Source of the DNA: Botryllus schlosseri
Taxonomy: Eukaryota
Reading direction: 5' to 3'
DNA: 60,000 nucleotides
Assembly: GCA_051294905.1 (NCBI GenBank)
Contig: CM119373.1
Span: forward strand, 3,474,001-3,534,000
Shown here: in pieces, positions 10,342 to 22,957 of the stretch
Position numbering within the stretch: the stretch's first letter is position 1
Layout: each line of letters starts with the position of its first letter
Program-made: the position numbers and the translations under genes
Notes under the pieces: generated by a model
What the model saw: only the letters and a program-made list of their open reading frames with translations
The model's database searches: none
Told to the model about the DNA's origin: nothing

Positions 10342-12894
10342 ATGAAGTTATTGTTTCGCGTTATTCTGAAGTTCTGTACCACAAATCACTTGTTCAAATA
10401 CTTTCGCAAAAGGTACAGTGACCAACAATTGGAGATCCTTAATAAGTTGGTCAGAACTCGGGGGAAAATTCGAAATCTGCGGTATCATGTAGCCTTTCTT
10501 AAGGCTTGTATAAAGAAAAGAGTTGTACCAAAGTTTCTGAAGACGAGGATAGAGAAATCGCGTGCTCGCATCAACTCCAGGATTGAGAGTGCATTTTTAC
10601 ATGATGAGATCGAGAACAGCATAAAAGAGATGAGTACCGTAACGCAACGTTGTGCCAAGCTTAAGCAGCAGGCAGTGCAGTTTTTATCTTATTTTGACCT
10701 GATACGGTTTTGTCGTTATATGGCCAAAATTGATGCACGTAAAGAGGATGAGAAGGTACGGCAGAATGAGCGTAACATCAGCTTGCTTCTCAAGACACGA
10801 TACGGTACCAAGGCAGTTGCTGGTAGTAAGGTTATTACCAACTTATCGGACTATGAGCTGAGTGGCACAGAAGAGTTGGTACTATCTCTTGGTCTTGATT
10901 TTTCTGTGCCACCGACAGAAATCAAGCGTGAGGAAGTCTTTGCTGAATTTGAGGTATTACTTGGACAATTGTCACATCATCACCAGAAATTTGATGATGA
11001 AAGCAGAGCAAAGGAACACAGTGAGAAAATTGTGGCCCTTAAAGCCAAACTAAGTAGCTTAGCGCATGGTTTTTGTGGAACTCCAATCGACAGAAGTGAT
11101 TTCACGATGACGTCCGATTGCTACAGGAGCATCAGATCCCTGAAATCCAATAAGTCAATTCACATAACCAAACCTGATAAAGGATCTGGTGTAGTCATTT
11201 TGAATAAGTGTGACTACATTTCTAAAATGGATTTAATTCTCGGCGACAAGTCTAAATTTGAAATCCTTGGCCCTGCGTGTGACAATGACAACACCTCCAA
11301 GATAGAAGCTCGTATTCAGCGTCTACTATTGACCCTCAAGAAGGCGGGAAAAATCTCTTCTGCTGAATACGACGATATCAGACCCACTGGCTCCATTCGA
11401 CCACGTATGTATGGTCTTCCGAAGACCCATAAATCGAATGTACCCTTACGTCCGATACTATCGATGGTTGGATCAGCGTATCACAAAGTCGCGAAGTGGA
11501 TTGCGAGATATCTTGAGCCGGTGAGTTTGCTCTATGGTGGTAACTGCATTCGTGACTCGTTCACATTTGCTGATACCATTCGTAATGTTGATCTCGATGA
11601 GTCCGAAATCTCTATGTGTTCGTTTGATATATCTAGTTTATTCACGAACGTGCCAGTTCAAGAGACTATAGAGATTTGTGCCAATGAACTCTATGGTGGT
11701 GTCCTTCCATCTCCTCCATTCTCAAGGTCTTCTTTTGTTAAATTAATGCGATTGATCACTTGTGATGTCGAATTTAGTTTCAATAACACCATATATACAC
11801 AAATCGACGGTGTTGCAATGGGATCGCCGCTTGGTCCCATTCTGGCTAACATTTTTGTGGGGTATTACGAAAAACGGTTATTCGAAGATATTGATCGACC
11901 ATTAATGTATCAAAGATATGTTGATGACACCTTCGCCATATTTGAAAATGAATCCCAGTGTGATTTGTTTCTGAGCAAATTGAATGGTCTTCACCCATCA
12001 CTGAAATTCACCATGGAAAAAGAGGTTAATAATTCATTAGCATTCCTTGATGTTTTAGTGGAAAAGACGGGTGCTAATTTTGTTACATCAGTTTACCGTA
12101 AGCCTACATTCAGTGGGCAATACATTTCGTGGGATTCTTTCTGTCCAGTAAAACGTAAAGTAAATTTGATAAGAACTCTGGTACACAGGGCTCTGATGAT
12201 ATGTAGTAAAGTCAAACTTGATTCTGAATTGGAGAACATTCGGTCAATCTTTCAGTCAAATGGTTATCCTGATCATATCATTAAAATGACCATAGATCGT
12301 AAACTCAAAGATTTCAGAAAAGTTAAACCGTTCGGACCTAGAAAATGTCCTGTTTATTTGCATCTTCCTTGGATTGGGAAAGTGTCCAACAGGTTTGAAA
12401 AACAAATTAAATCGTCAGTGAGCCATTGTTTTTCACAAGTAGAACCTCAGATAATCTTCACGACGAAATCTCTGATGCCTGCAACACAAAAGGATGTGCT
12501 ACCTGCGACAAATCAAAGCAATATAATATATGAATACACGTGCCGATGTGACAGTCGGTATGTAGGTCGCACGTCTCAGCGCTTGCAGCAAAGAATTCGC
12601 CAGCATGTCCCACGGCAAATTAGAATAAATAATGTTTCTCCAACTCCTTCATCGCAGTCTGTTGACACACTGCGTGATTATGATCAAGTTACTGCTTGTA
12701 ATTCGGCTATTGGACAGCATCTCTTATCCCATCCAGATTGTGCTGATCATTACAACGACAGTCAATTTTCTATACTTGCTCGTGGCCGTTCTCTTTTTCA
12801 TTTAAAGGTCCTGGAATCTACGATCATAAAGCTACGAAAGCCGATTCTCTGTCGCCAGAAGGAACGCCTCTACACTCTTGGAATATTTCATTAA
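10342..12894 (+). CDS. Penelope-like RT + GIY-YIG endonuclease, 850 aa (copy 2)
   Basis: Translation identical to copy 1, offset by 2777 bp. Confidence 0.96.
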   Translation: MKLLFRVILKFCTTNHLFKYFRKRYSDQQLEILNKLVRTRGKIRNLRYHVAFLKACIKKRVVPKFLKTRIEKSRARINSRIESAFLHDEIENSIKEMSTVTQRCAKLKQQAVQFLSYFDLIRFCRYMAKIDARKEDEKVRQNERNISLLLKTRYGTKAVAGSKVITNLSDYELSGTEELVLSLGLDFSVPPTEIKREEVFAEFEVLLGQLSHHHQKFDDESRAKEHSEKIVALKAKLSSLAHGFCGTPIDRSDFTMTSDCYRSIRSLKSNKSIHITKPDKGSGVVILNKCDYISKMDLILGDKSKFEILGPACDNDNTSKIEARIQRLLLTLKKAGKISSAEYDDIRPTGSIRPRMYGLPKTHKSNVPLRPILSMVGSAYHKVAKWIARYLEPVSLLYGGNCIRDSFTFADTIRNVDLDESEISMCSFDISSLFTNVPVQETIEICANELYGGVLPSPPFSRSSFVKLMRLITCDVEFSFNNTIYTQIDGVAMGSPLGPILANIFVGYYEKRLFEDIDRPLMYQRYVDDTFAIFENESQCDLFLSKLNGLHPSLKFTMEKEVNNSLAFLDVLVEKTGANFVTSVYRKPTFSGQYISWDSFCPVKRKVNLIRTLVHRALMICSKVKLDSELENIRSIFQSNGYPDHIIKMTIDRKLKDFRKVKPFGPRKCPVYLHLPWIGKVSNRFEKQIKSSVSHCFSQVEPQIIFTTKSLMPATQKDVLPATNQSNIIYEYTCRCDSRYVGRTSQRLQQRIRQHVPRQIRINNVSPTPSSQSVDTLRDYDQVTACNSAIGQHLLSHPDCADHYNDSQFSILARGRSLFHLKVLESTIIKLRKPILCRQKERLYTLGIFH

Positions 12895-13066
12895 TGTTAT
12901 GTGTTGTGTTTTCGGTTATTTATAACCGAATATGTACTCGTAACGTTTGTTTTGTACCGTTACTACCGTATCTAGCCCGTCTACTAGTTGTTTGTTTTTG
13001 TTATTATTACGTCATACAGACAAAATAGTTCTTACATTTCGAATTTGATTCACCCCATCACTAACG

Positions 13067-13106
13067 TTCGCTACTGATGAGAGTTAGTCGAAAAGCTTTT
13101 AGCGAA
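13067..13106 (+). ncRNA. Minimal type I hammerhead ribozyme (terminal pLTR)
   Basis: Intact CTGATGA...GAAA core, about 60 nt upstream of the element's 3' end. Confidence 0.87.
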
Positions 13107-14220
13107 TAAATTAACAATATGAAGTTATTGTTTCGCGTTATTCTGAAGTTCTGTACCACAAATCACTTGGTATATCTTCGTACACTACAATGAAGCAGAA
13201 TAATTTGCGGTAGATTTATCAAAGGTAAAAATTTTGGCGCAACATGTTGTCACTCGATTTCTTGTTTTTATTATTGTTGCCCTTTTGTGAAAATGGAAGA
13301 ACACCTAATGTATCAGATTGAGTCCAACTATATTCGCGATTACGAGACAAAGTGTCGTTCAACATATGCGACATTGCGTTTGCGCTCGCAGTAAGACCGT
13401 CGAAAATGAAACCTAGGCACGAAATGATTGACGCATGTTGGTCGCAACTTTCGATATCGATATGTCTAAACGCCGAATAGACCAGTCCTCGCTAAATTAG
13501 CCCAGCGATATACAACAGGCCCCGCAATATAGTCAAATGACAATATTATTGACTTATGAACTTCAAAAAATTTTCGCGCTTAGCGCGGCTAGTGGCCCGC
13601 GCAATACTTCGTCAATCGAATGTGGACCGTTGGCTTAAAAGGTTGGCCAGCCCTGATATAGGCTGTACTACGGGTTAGAGATATGTACGGGTTATGGAAT
13701 TAAAATATATTAAAGGATCGTTTAAGGCAGTGGTTCTTAACCTTTTTCACCTCGCGGACCGGTAAAATTTCAAAAAAATGTCTGGCGGACCGGTGAATTT
13801 TGAAAATTGAAATGAAGCCAGAATGCCACCGTTTTTTGCAATTATGTGGTGCTAGAGAGTGACATTTAGAGGGTTTTGATCGTGATTGATTATCTTCATG
13901 ATGGCATCCATGTGATTTTATGATGGTAAGTCTGTAGAGTCGAGGTAAAATTGCCTTATCCAGATGAACGTGCTACTGCCGAGAGTCGTTTACAGTATTT
14001 CGCACCGAAGGCCGTGGGTTTAACCGACCTCGCCAACTCGAACCAAGCACCTTGTAGTGCTACCTTGCTCATTGCCCACTGCCACCAGACGCATAGGCTA
14101 TTCAGGCAACTACGAATACAATGCTTCCGCAAGAAAACACCTTGCAGCAAACTATACCGGCCATCCGCAAATCCGGGCCGCAAAAGCACTTCGCTAGCCC
14201 GCCCCCAATGACGTTGATCT

Positions 14221-15283
14221 TCATCATCATCATTGGTTTATTAGCAATTTTATCAGTTCAATACACCACAAAAAATGCGATACAATGAATAGACAGGAAG
14301 ATGTCGAAGCGACTTGGATTTGTCAATGGAATCGGACACCCACCTTGGCCTAGGCGTAGTAAAGAGGAGGCATGCACACTGAATGAAAGTAAAGAATACA
14401 GTATAGAAAAAGAAAGCGACAAGAAATAGGGCGGCATGTCATGGGAAGCGAGATCGATAGGTCAGTCGTGGTCCGGTAATCTTGAGGATGGACTGTATTT
14501 ATTTAGTAGTAATTGCTTGTATTTCGACTTGAATGTGGACATGCTCGTCGACTGTCGGATGGCCGGCGGGATACTGTTCCACACATCAGGTCCGGCATAT
14601 TTGATGGAGCGATGATCTTTTCGGTCGATCATATGATATTTGGACGACGTGGACGCGCGTGTGTTGTACTTGTGCGCTTTTGATTCAGAGGTAAAGAAGT
14701 CATTGAAATATTCGGGGCAACGACCGCAGTGAAACTGATACATAAACTTGGCGATTTCTAGTTTCCGCATATCTTCTATGTTTAGGACGCCGAATCTCTT
14801 CAGCGGCGACTTATTGGATGGGCAGCCAGGCCCCTTTGGGGCCCTAGCTATGATTCGGAGCACTTTATGCTGTAGTTTCTGCAGTGGCTTGAGTGCAGTT
14901 TTACTGGCAGCCCCCCAACAGAGGATGCCATAATGTAACTTCGATTGGATTAAGGATTTAAAGAGTATCAGGAGAACTCATGCTGGCATGAAGCGCCCAA
15001 GGCTGTAGAACAGGCCGCACTTCGGTGATAATTTAGTTTCTAGGGACTGAATATGACTCTTCCAGGACATGTTCGAGTCCAGTAAAACTCCGAGATATTT
15101 GGCATTATCTGTGTTGGAAACGGGCTGACCAGCGATATTAACGGTTAGGTTATTTTTTGAATTGACTGTCAGCAATTGCGATTTCGAGGCGTTTATGCAA
15201 AGGTTGTTCTGGGCCGTCCACTCATGGACTTTGGGCATTTGGTCACCAGTCAGGGCATCCAGCTCTGCCGTCTTGTGCCCCAC
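14221..15283 (-). mobile_element. 5'-truncated, frameshifted L2/Crack/CR1-group LINE
   Basis: RT C-terminal remnants (LCINASKSQLL, AKYLGVLLDSNMSWKSHI, YAGPDVWNSIP), a 3' UTR and an (ATG)n tail. Confidence 0.85.
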
Positions 15284-15770
15284 AGGGCGATAATCCCGAC
15301 TTCCGGGGCTTCGCCCCCAGACCCTACACCTACAGTTAGGTGGATGTTTTCACCTGTACCTACTTGTGAGCACATTCATTCTACTCAGTGTAAGCAGAGA
15401 GTTTATCCAGCTTAATCGCGCCAATAGCGAAAATCATTGATACTTCATGACTGAATCGGTTTTCTCGCTGCCGAATTTTTGGCACACCTTTCGGACTATT
15501 CGGAGTCCCATGTTAGCCTAAACTTCATTATGGGTTTCGTGGCATGGTAATGGCTGACGCCGAAATGCCTATTTCTATACACCGTGCGTATTTCTCGGAG
15601 AAGGGCACCTAATATAAGCAAGACATTCAGTGATACTAAATCGCGCAAAGGGCGAAAAGAAATTGAAAAATGTTGGAAAAAGTTTCAGAAAAATGCACTA
15701 TGATTTATATTCATCTGGAAAATAATTTTGCGCTCTTTTCAATCGGCCCCTCTCCAATTGGGTTTGGGTG

Positions 15771-16053
15771 TATAGCGTGCTCTGTCGTGGGCGCGCGTTC
15801 TTCTTGGTCCGCGGCTCGGTATGTCAAAGTAGACAAGTCAACATTGCTCTTTTAATAAAACAACTAAAACATGACGATGCTCGTCCGACGGAGACTAAAA
15901 GACGACTGCCTCGCACGGTGACTAAAAGCGACTGCCGAAGACGGTGACTAAAAGCGACTGGGTAGAAAGAGTGCAACACAACAAGACGTAGCAGTAACAT
16001 AATCAGTCATCAGCGAGGGTAATTATAGGTTAATCATGGAGCGGTACGCTACA
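15771..16053 (-). mobile_element. Solo LTR (Gypsy-like 4-bp TSD)
   Basis: Imperfect inverted termini TATAGCGTGC ... GTACGCTACA. TSD ggtg at 15767-15770 and 16054-16057. Internal repeats of acggtgactaaaagcgactg. ATTAAA on the minus strand near the end. Confidence 0.6.
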
Positions 16054-17738
16054 GGTGCCCCAGTTACGGTCCTGCATAAAATGAATGAATCGAAAACGGG
16101 TGATCGCGCAGACTGCGCTGTTTAGCGGCGAGTCAGCTCGTATCTGCTCTGTACTTCTCGCTCACATGTCGTCAAATGACATATCTTGAACTTTAAGTCA
16201 AATTGAACATGTTTCCAGTCCTAGTGTTACCTCATGAAGTTCTGAATTATTTTAAAATTTGATGTTTTATTTATTTTATCAATGGACGAGCCTTCAATAT
16301 TGCATCTTGAAATTAAGGTATAAAATTGTAATATACCTGGCGGACCGGCCGGAATGTCGTCGCGGACCGGCACCGGTCCGCGGACCGGCGGTTGAGAACC
16401 ACTGGTTTAAGGAACAGGCGTTTTCGAACAGAGCCCCATCATGTGTGATCGTGAATAGGCTAATACACATGTTCCAAAAACGTAATGTGCGCCTTTAGCC
16501 TACTTTGCGATCGGGGCCCACTAACATGTTGACTGAGTAATAATCAGCTGAGGTCTGCTGAGTCGCTAGCAAGCATCCAATAGTATTTCATTAGGGTATC
16601 GTTAAACTGTATTTTTCCGCTCCACAGATGAGTATTAAATCGAGGTGGCTATTAGATTTCAATAAAGAATATTAAAATTGTTAAAAAGCAACAATTCAAG
16701 TAATAGTTATCGTCAAAACGATATAAGGAGTGTGAAGTCTAAAATTAGGACATCCAAAGTGGGATCATCAAGAGATAACAGTCAGCACTGGAGAAAATGT
16801 CCCGAGCCAACAACAAATATCACTATATAGTGAAGCAAACAAAATAGTTCCATTCCATTGGTAGTAAATACGATACCATGTGTATCAGTAAAGAGAACAA
16901 CACGATTATTTACCAAGTGCTTCACAATAAACTTAATTGGCTCGGTGTTATTGACTTGCTAATATTTGCGAAAGGAAAGATACCGGGTGAGTGATATCGT
17001 CTCATGATACCTAGCCTACGCCCGATAGCCTGCGTAGGCCTCCTGTTATATATTACAGAACATATTTGCTGCGACAATATTGGTGCAGTACGAGTACACT
17101 GCTTCTCACAACTTCGGATATATCAGAACGCAATGAAGTAGGAACATGTCATTGATTTTCAGGACTGATTTGTTACATCCGTCGATGAACCTGTTGGCCA
17201 TATTACGCCGTAATTACAGTTATACTGTCAAGGAGCAGTGTTTACCTTTACAAAAGGCAGTTAAACTGCTGCATGTCCTTGCTATAACAGTAAATTTACA
17301 GTCATTTTAAACTGTGCACTTTCCCGACAAACGCGTCAAGTCTTTTCAACTTTTAACTGCAAGATCATGCAGGATATCTGGTAGTATACAATAAAGGTTT
17401 GTCTATAGATAACTAACTTAGGTAGGATATTTATAGGTTGTCATTTCATTCGTGGCAATGACAATCCTCAATGCACGATTTTCTTTTTTTCCAAGTAGAA
17501 ACATCAAGTTCAAGGCACAGGCTCCCGGCACCAGTACCAGTTCGTCGTCAGTGACTTTAGTCAGCTTTGTCGTTGTTAATATGACATTACATCGATCATT
17601 TTATGCGACGTCAATATTCGTTTTTATGATTCTCCAGCTGCGGACTTTTAGCAGGAGCCACTTTTCGTTTTAGGCATTTGTAAGCCTTTACTTAGTGCCA
17701 CATGATATTTACGAACCACTGCGCGGGCCACCTAAATA

Positions 17739-18686
17739 CAGGGTTACCATATTTTGGAAATGTGAAGAGAGGACACTTTTTCAAACTTTTCCGACTTACA
17801 ATTCTGGAGCAAAATCCGGTAAAAATGATAAATTTTCCCCGATTTTGTGGTTGGTTGACTAAAAAATAAGGTCACCACTTAGTCTCGACTCTCCCCAAAA
17901 CAAGCTTTTTTACCATGCTCTTCCGTTGGTTGACCAAAAAAAAAGGTAAACTTTCCGGCTCAGCTCCCGAAATAGCCACCGGAGCGTTACTTCAGTGCTG
18001 ATTTACAGTATCTCACTCGAATTTTACCCTATATTTAAACAAAATTCTCAAAAAAGACCACATTTGCGCGTCCTCCGAGGACACTTCCAAAAAAGTCAAA
18101 AATACCGCTGTATACCGCTGGGCTCATTTGTCAAGGACGGGATTATTCGGGGCCTGGACATATCAATATCGAAGATTTCGGCGAACATGCGTCTCATTTT
18201 GTGCCAACGTTTCATCGCTGACGATCCTTCTGCGAGTGTAGACGCGAAGTCGCATGTTGTACGACACGTTCTCTCCTAATTGCTAATTATAGCTAGACTC
18301 AATACTGTAAATAGAGCGTATTTCAAATTTTCAGGAGGGGTTACCAATGTATTAAAAGCAAGTATAATCGAGTGATAATAAATCGCGCGAAGGGCTAAGA
18401 AAAATATCAAGTCAAATAAATCTGCCGCGAAATATTCTACTTCATGGTCATATACGAAGATCTACGAAAAATGCGGCTGGCCCCTGGCTACGCCAATGCG
18501 TCGGAACTGATATTTTAGTCATCGGCATCACGCATTTCGCGGTCAGGCTGATGAAATATTTGGTTGGCCTTGCAAGTTTACAATAAATGATCTGGGAGAA
18601 GTATTTTTTGATATTAGAAGTAATTTCGATAATTACCTCGCGGGCCACTCAAAGCTTTCTCGCGGGCCACGGGTCGGCCGCTCCTG
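17739..18686. mobile_element. Composite hAT MITE remnants
   Basis: Left part resembles 21283-21709 (GGTTACCATA, GAGGACA motifs). Right part resembles 46040-46582. Confidence 0.55.
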
Positions 18687-18883
18687 ATTTACTGGGTCTT
18701 AACCTGCGATCCATGGAGCACTAAGGTTTCGCGGGCCAGTCTCAGTGGTTCCCTGGAGGCAGACACTCAGCTAATACACATGATTGGTGACGATACGTTG
18801 GTCTTGACCATGATTAGTTGCAGATCCTATCAGGAGTCGACTGTTGTGGTGATACGTCGTGTCCAGTAGCATACTCAGAGGGG

Positions 18884-19810
18884 CAGGGTTGTAACCAAGT
18901 CACAAAGGCTGCGAGTCACAAGTCAATCTCACTTTTATAGTTTTGACTCGAGTCAAGTCGAGTCATTTTGAATTCATCTCCGAGTCAAGTCCGAGTCCAA
19001 GTCATCGAGACGAGGGTCGAGTCCGAGTCATAGTATTATGACTCGAGTCCGAGTCCAAGTCTTTATGTTGACTGCACAGTGCACAGTTTCCAGTCAAAAT
19101 TTTGTTAAATCCAATTTTTATAACTCTGTTTGGTAATATCGAATGGCTTGCATCGAAAATATACTAATTTTCCTCACTTTTGACAGTTTCTGGTTGCATT
19201 TTCAAGTACCAGTACCAATAGACAATGAAATGTCGGTCTTGGCCGCCTCAGTCTCAAGTCATATGACTTGGTTCGAGTCATGCGCAATGACTCGAGTCAA
19301 TCAATCAATCAATCAATCAGGTTTTTTAATATTTTCATCGTTTCAAAACATCACAAGACTGCGATACAATGAAAAGATAGGAAGGTGTCGAAACAACTTG
19401 GAGTAGCCATTAAGATCAGACACCCGCCTTAGCCTAGGCGAAGTAAATAAGAGGCATGCACACTGAATGAAAGCATTGCAGAGAATATAAGACGCAAGCG
19501 ACAAAATGGGGTGGCATGTGGCGGAGGGCGAGGTCGATGTTAGGTCGTGGTCCGGTAATTCTGAAGACTGGCTAGTATTGATTTAGAAGAAATTGCTTGT
19601 ATTTCGACTTGAATGCGGACATGCTCGACGACTGTCGGATAGCCGGCGAGATGCTGTTCCACAATTGGGGTCCGGCATACTTGATAGAGCAATGCGTTTT
19701 CCAAGTCGAGACAATGCACAGATTGACTCGAGTCAAGTCGAGTCACCAGAAAATCGTGACTCGAGTCTGACTCGAGTCGAGTCATGACTCGATGAGTCAT
19801 TACAACCCTG
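18884..19810. mobile_element. hAT-type MITE with GACTCGAGTC repeats, interrupted by a LINE 3' fragment
   Basis: TIRs CAGGGTTGTAA / TTACAACCCTG. TSD cagagggg/cagaggag. Homologous to 27714-28298. Confidence 0.85.
19297..19700 (-). mobile_element. 3' fragment of the LINE family at 14221-15283
   Basis: Shared 3' UTR (gacacccgccttagcctaggcg, gtcgtggtccggtaat) and a (TTGA)n tail. Absent from the sister MITE at 27714. Confidence 0.8.
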
Positions 19811-21282
19811 CAGAGGAGGTTGGGGTTCAAAATCGGTACCCAGTCCTTCCGAAATGCCAATTCAATCTCTGCTATTCATAAGGTGATTTGCATCACGCTG
19901 TTACGTGTTCGACCGAACAATACGATGACACTTTACAAGGTGAAGTTTCGCATTTCTGAACTTGGGAACAGGAAAAGTCAGAATGATTTGCATCAAGTAT
20001 TCGGTATTAATAATGTTTTGGTTTTGTATGAAAATTATATATATTGGTATTTTATTTCTTTTGACACTCTGTTAATGTACACTGTACAGTTCATTTCGTG
20101 CACCGGTAATCTATAGATTTGTAGTTAGATGTGCAGTTGGATGCGTATTTTGGTACATTTTTGTGACCCAGCGAAGGCCTGCATATTAGCGTAAGTGTTC
20201 CCCACGTTACCGAGGCTTGTAAAAACCACCCTTATAGATAAACGTACCACACATAGGTAGGAATTCTGTAGTCGACCTCGAGCTCGCAGCCCATTGCTCG
20301 CGGTCACCACGTATTTCTTCAGCTTGATCTGAGAAACGGACCAAATTGACGAAAGTTGAAGCGAAGCGGCCGTGTGCGAATTCGGCTTGAGTCATTCATT
20401 GACTGTCAATGGTGCGTTGTTGACACGCAGATTATCCCATGAGACGCAACTTTAATGTTTACTGAGCAGTATAGTATACATTTCGTATATATATAGTAGT
20501 AGCAGTTTTTTGGTGATCGCGCACTGATGTGACTCTAAAATTTATGTGGTTATTACCAGCTGGTATAGATCGGTTTCAAGGTTGCTCTGGTTATTTATGT
20601 AAGTTTCTGGGAACGCTGGTCACATTCTAAATATTGTGGAAGCATAATTCGATGTAAGCAACTTCTAGTGAAATGTTGCACGGAGGCTATAGGCTGTGCC
20701 GAGCTCATATGTGCAGATGAGAAATATCGTTTTATCAGCGTGTAGGATACATTTTTTAACTGCAAAAGGTCACTTCAGTTCTTGAGAAAGAATACTGTTA
20801 ACCAACAACGATTCGACTGATTGTTGACTATTTGTGCTTTTGGTGTTATAGGCAGGGAAGTCTAGAAAATTTTCGGCATTTGTAAATGAGATCAGAATTA
20901 GAATTAAAGCTACACAGGGTTTTCCAAATAAGATTAGAATTGTCATCACTGAATTCGCAATACCTTGAAATTTTAATCGAATTCAGTCTGTATCAAACCA
21001 GCGTTCATTCTCAAAAGCACTAGAATGGCAAATGTCTGTAAGCAAGCTTGGCTCGTTTCGCGCTATACAGCTCTACTGTAGCATTTTCATGTAAAGTAGA
21101 AATTGGATCATGATTAAAATTACAGTGAAGCAACATTTCACAAATTATATGAAAATTAGATTTCCGGCATTTAGCTCTCATTGTACAACTGGAATTATTT
21201 AGTTGTCCAAGTCTGCCTCTGACTGGCTCGATATTTGTGCTAGTATCCTAAATTCTAGTTATTTGAAATTTCGAATATAGCC

Positions 21283-21709
21283 TAGGCTTACCATATTTTT
21301 GAAATCTAAAAAGAGGACACTTTTTCAGAAATTTGAGACTTGCAAAACCGGAGAAGAATTCTCAGAAACCGGTGAATTTTTCCCACTTTGTGATCGGTTG
21401 ACTAAAAAAAGGTCATCTTTCCGCTCAGAGCTCAAAATACCGTTTTTCTCTCCACATTGCTAGGTGGATGACTAAAAAAAAGGTCAACTTTTCGCTCAGA
21501 GCTAAAATCACCGTTTTTCACTCCGAAATATCCGCTGGAGCGTCACTTCTGTGCTAATTTACGGCATATCACTCGCAATTTGCTGTAAATCTGACCTAAA
21601 TTTTCAAAAAAGAGGACAAAGTCTCAAAAAAAGGCGTCCTCCGAGGACAATTTCAAAAAAGTAAAAAAAGAGGACAAATCCCCTTAAAAGAGGACGCATG
21701 GTAACCCTA
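21283..21709. mobile_element. hAT (Tip100-like) MITE
   Basis: TIRs TAGGCTTACCAT / ATGGTAACCCTA. Perfect TSD atatagcc. Subterminal GAGGACA repeats. Confidence 0.85.
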
Positions 21710-21933
21710 ATATAGCCCCTGATGAACTCAACCATTTGTGCCTTCGGCTATTGCACACAAATAATATTTATTGAATTAAGAAATGCATACTGGAGGTAAT
21801 GAGAATATAATACCAGTCAGAGTCATTATGATAGCAGTTATTGGGCCGTCTAATCTGTTTTTATCTGTGATATCGCTGCTGATGGCATTATAACCATATT
21901 GTAAACGTAAGTAGACATCACAATCCAGTACAT

Positions 21934-22957
21934 CAGTGGTTCCCAACCTGTGGTACGCGTACCACTAATGGTACGCGAAGGTCTTCCAGATGGTACGCGA
22001 GTAGATTCTGTTTTTTTTTCTGCCGAAGGGAGTTATTAGTTCACGTGGGGTTGATTTTGAATTTTTTGAAGTTTATTGACTAGTGGTGAAAAAACGATCC
22101 CTTGCATCCCATCGGCCGTGGCTGATAATGCCTAGTTTAATGGAATTTGTTATTACTAGGGCGATTGTTTTGACATGCCGAAATGAGTCAAAATTTTATC
22201 GAAATTGAATACACTCATTAGGTGTAACAAAAATTATAAAGCATGAAAGCACGTACCAATGAATAGCAACACTAACAAGAAAAAAAAATTTATGTCCAAC
22301 TTGGCATTGGCTTTGAGCTACATACATAAGTTGATCACAATGGAGAATCGTTTTTTGGGCAAATAGTTATCTAGTTGGGATACTTTGCCTCCGGAACTTG
22401 ATCCAAAATTCAAGTAAGTCTTCACTTTTAAATAACTGCTTATGCTTGAGCTCGATATCTGACTGCATGTCCAGCAACTCAAGTTGAAAATTACTACGGG
22501 CGGTGGTCCCATTATATGCAACATGATTTGAAAACATTTACATCATGGGCAAGAAAGCATTCATTCCGTCAATGCGGCGGTTGAACTCATCAATAAAGAT
22601 TCTGATAAGCCTGTTGTATGCATCAAATGATCCTTTAAGTTTGATGGTCACATACCGTTGGAAAATGTGTTGTAACACCACCTGCACTTAAGTCTGGTGG
22701 TGAGCTGACTTAAAATTGAGAGCCAATACGAACGCATTTGAGGGTGAGTATTTTGGCATGAGAACGAAATCGTTGCTGAGTAGAGAATCGCTTCTCGACA
22801 GCAGAGGAATTGGTTCTCCCTTAATTATAAACTCCAGACTCCAAGCCAAGCAAGGGTAATTTTTTAACATGAATTTAACTTTTTTGTTATAAATTTATTT
22901 TTTAATATGTTTGTGGGATTTTCAAACGTCAATGGGATCCGCGGTTGGGAATCACTG
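21934..22957 (-). pseudogene. Decayed hAT (Buster/Charlie-like) element with transposase C-terminal remnant
   Basis: TIRs CAGTGGTTCCCAACC / GGTTGGGAATCACTG. Minus strand ~22310-22500 reads FQLELLDMQSDIELKHKQLFKSEDLLEFW, then PEAKYPN and STYVC across frameshifts (hAT dimerization region). TSD not conserved. Confidence 0.7.

Larger units (their letters stand above)
5969..13166 (+). mobile_element. Penelope-like element: inverted 3' fragment + partial unit + two full 2777-bp tandem units + pseudo-LTR tail
   Basis: TSD ttggtatatcttc at 5956-5968 and 13167-13179. Unit period 2777 bp. RT and GIY-YIG ORFs. Hammerheads in the pseudo-LTRs. Confidence 0.96.
5730..13655. mobile_element. hAT MITE split by the Penelope insertion
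   Basis: TIRs CAGGGCCGGCCAACC / GGTTGGCCAGCCCTG. Perfect TSD atataggc at 5722-5729 and 13656-13663. Subterminal GGCCCGCG motifs. Confidence 0.85.
13728..16404. mobile_element. Non-autonomous hAT element carrying nested insertions
   Basis: TIRs CAGTGGTTCTTAACC / GGTTGAGAACCACTG. Perfect TSD gtttaagg at 13720-13727 and 16405-16412. Subterminal CGGACCGG repeats. Confidence 0.88.
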
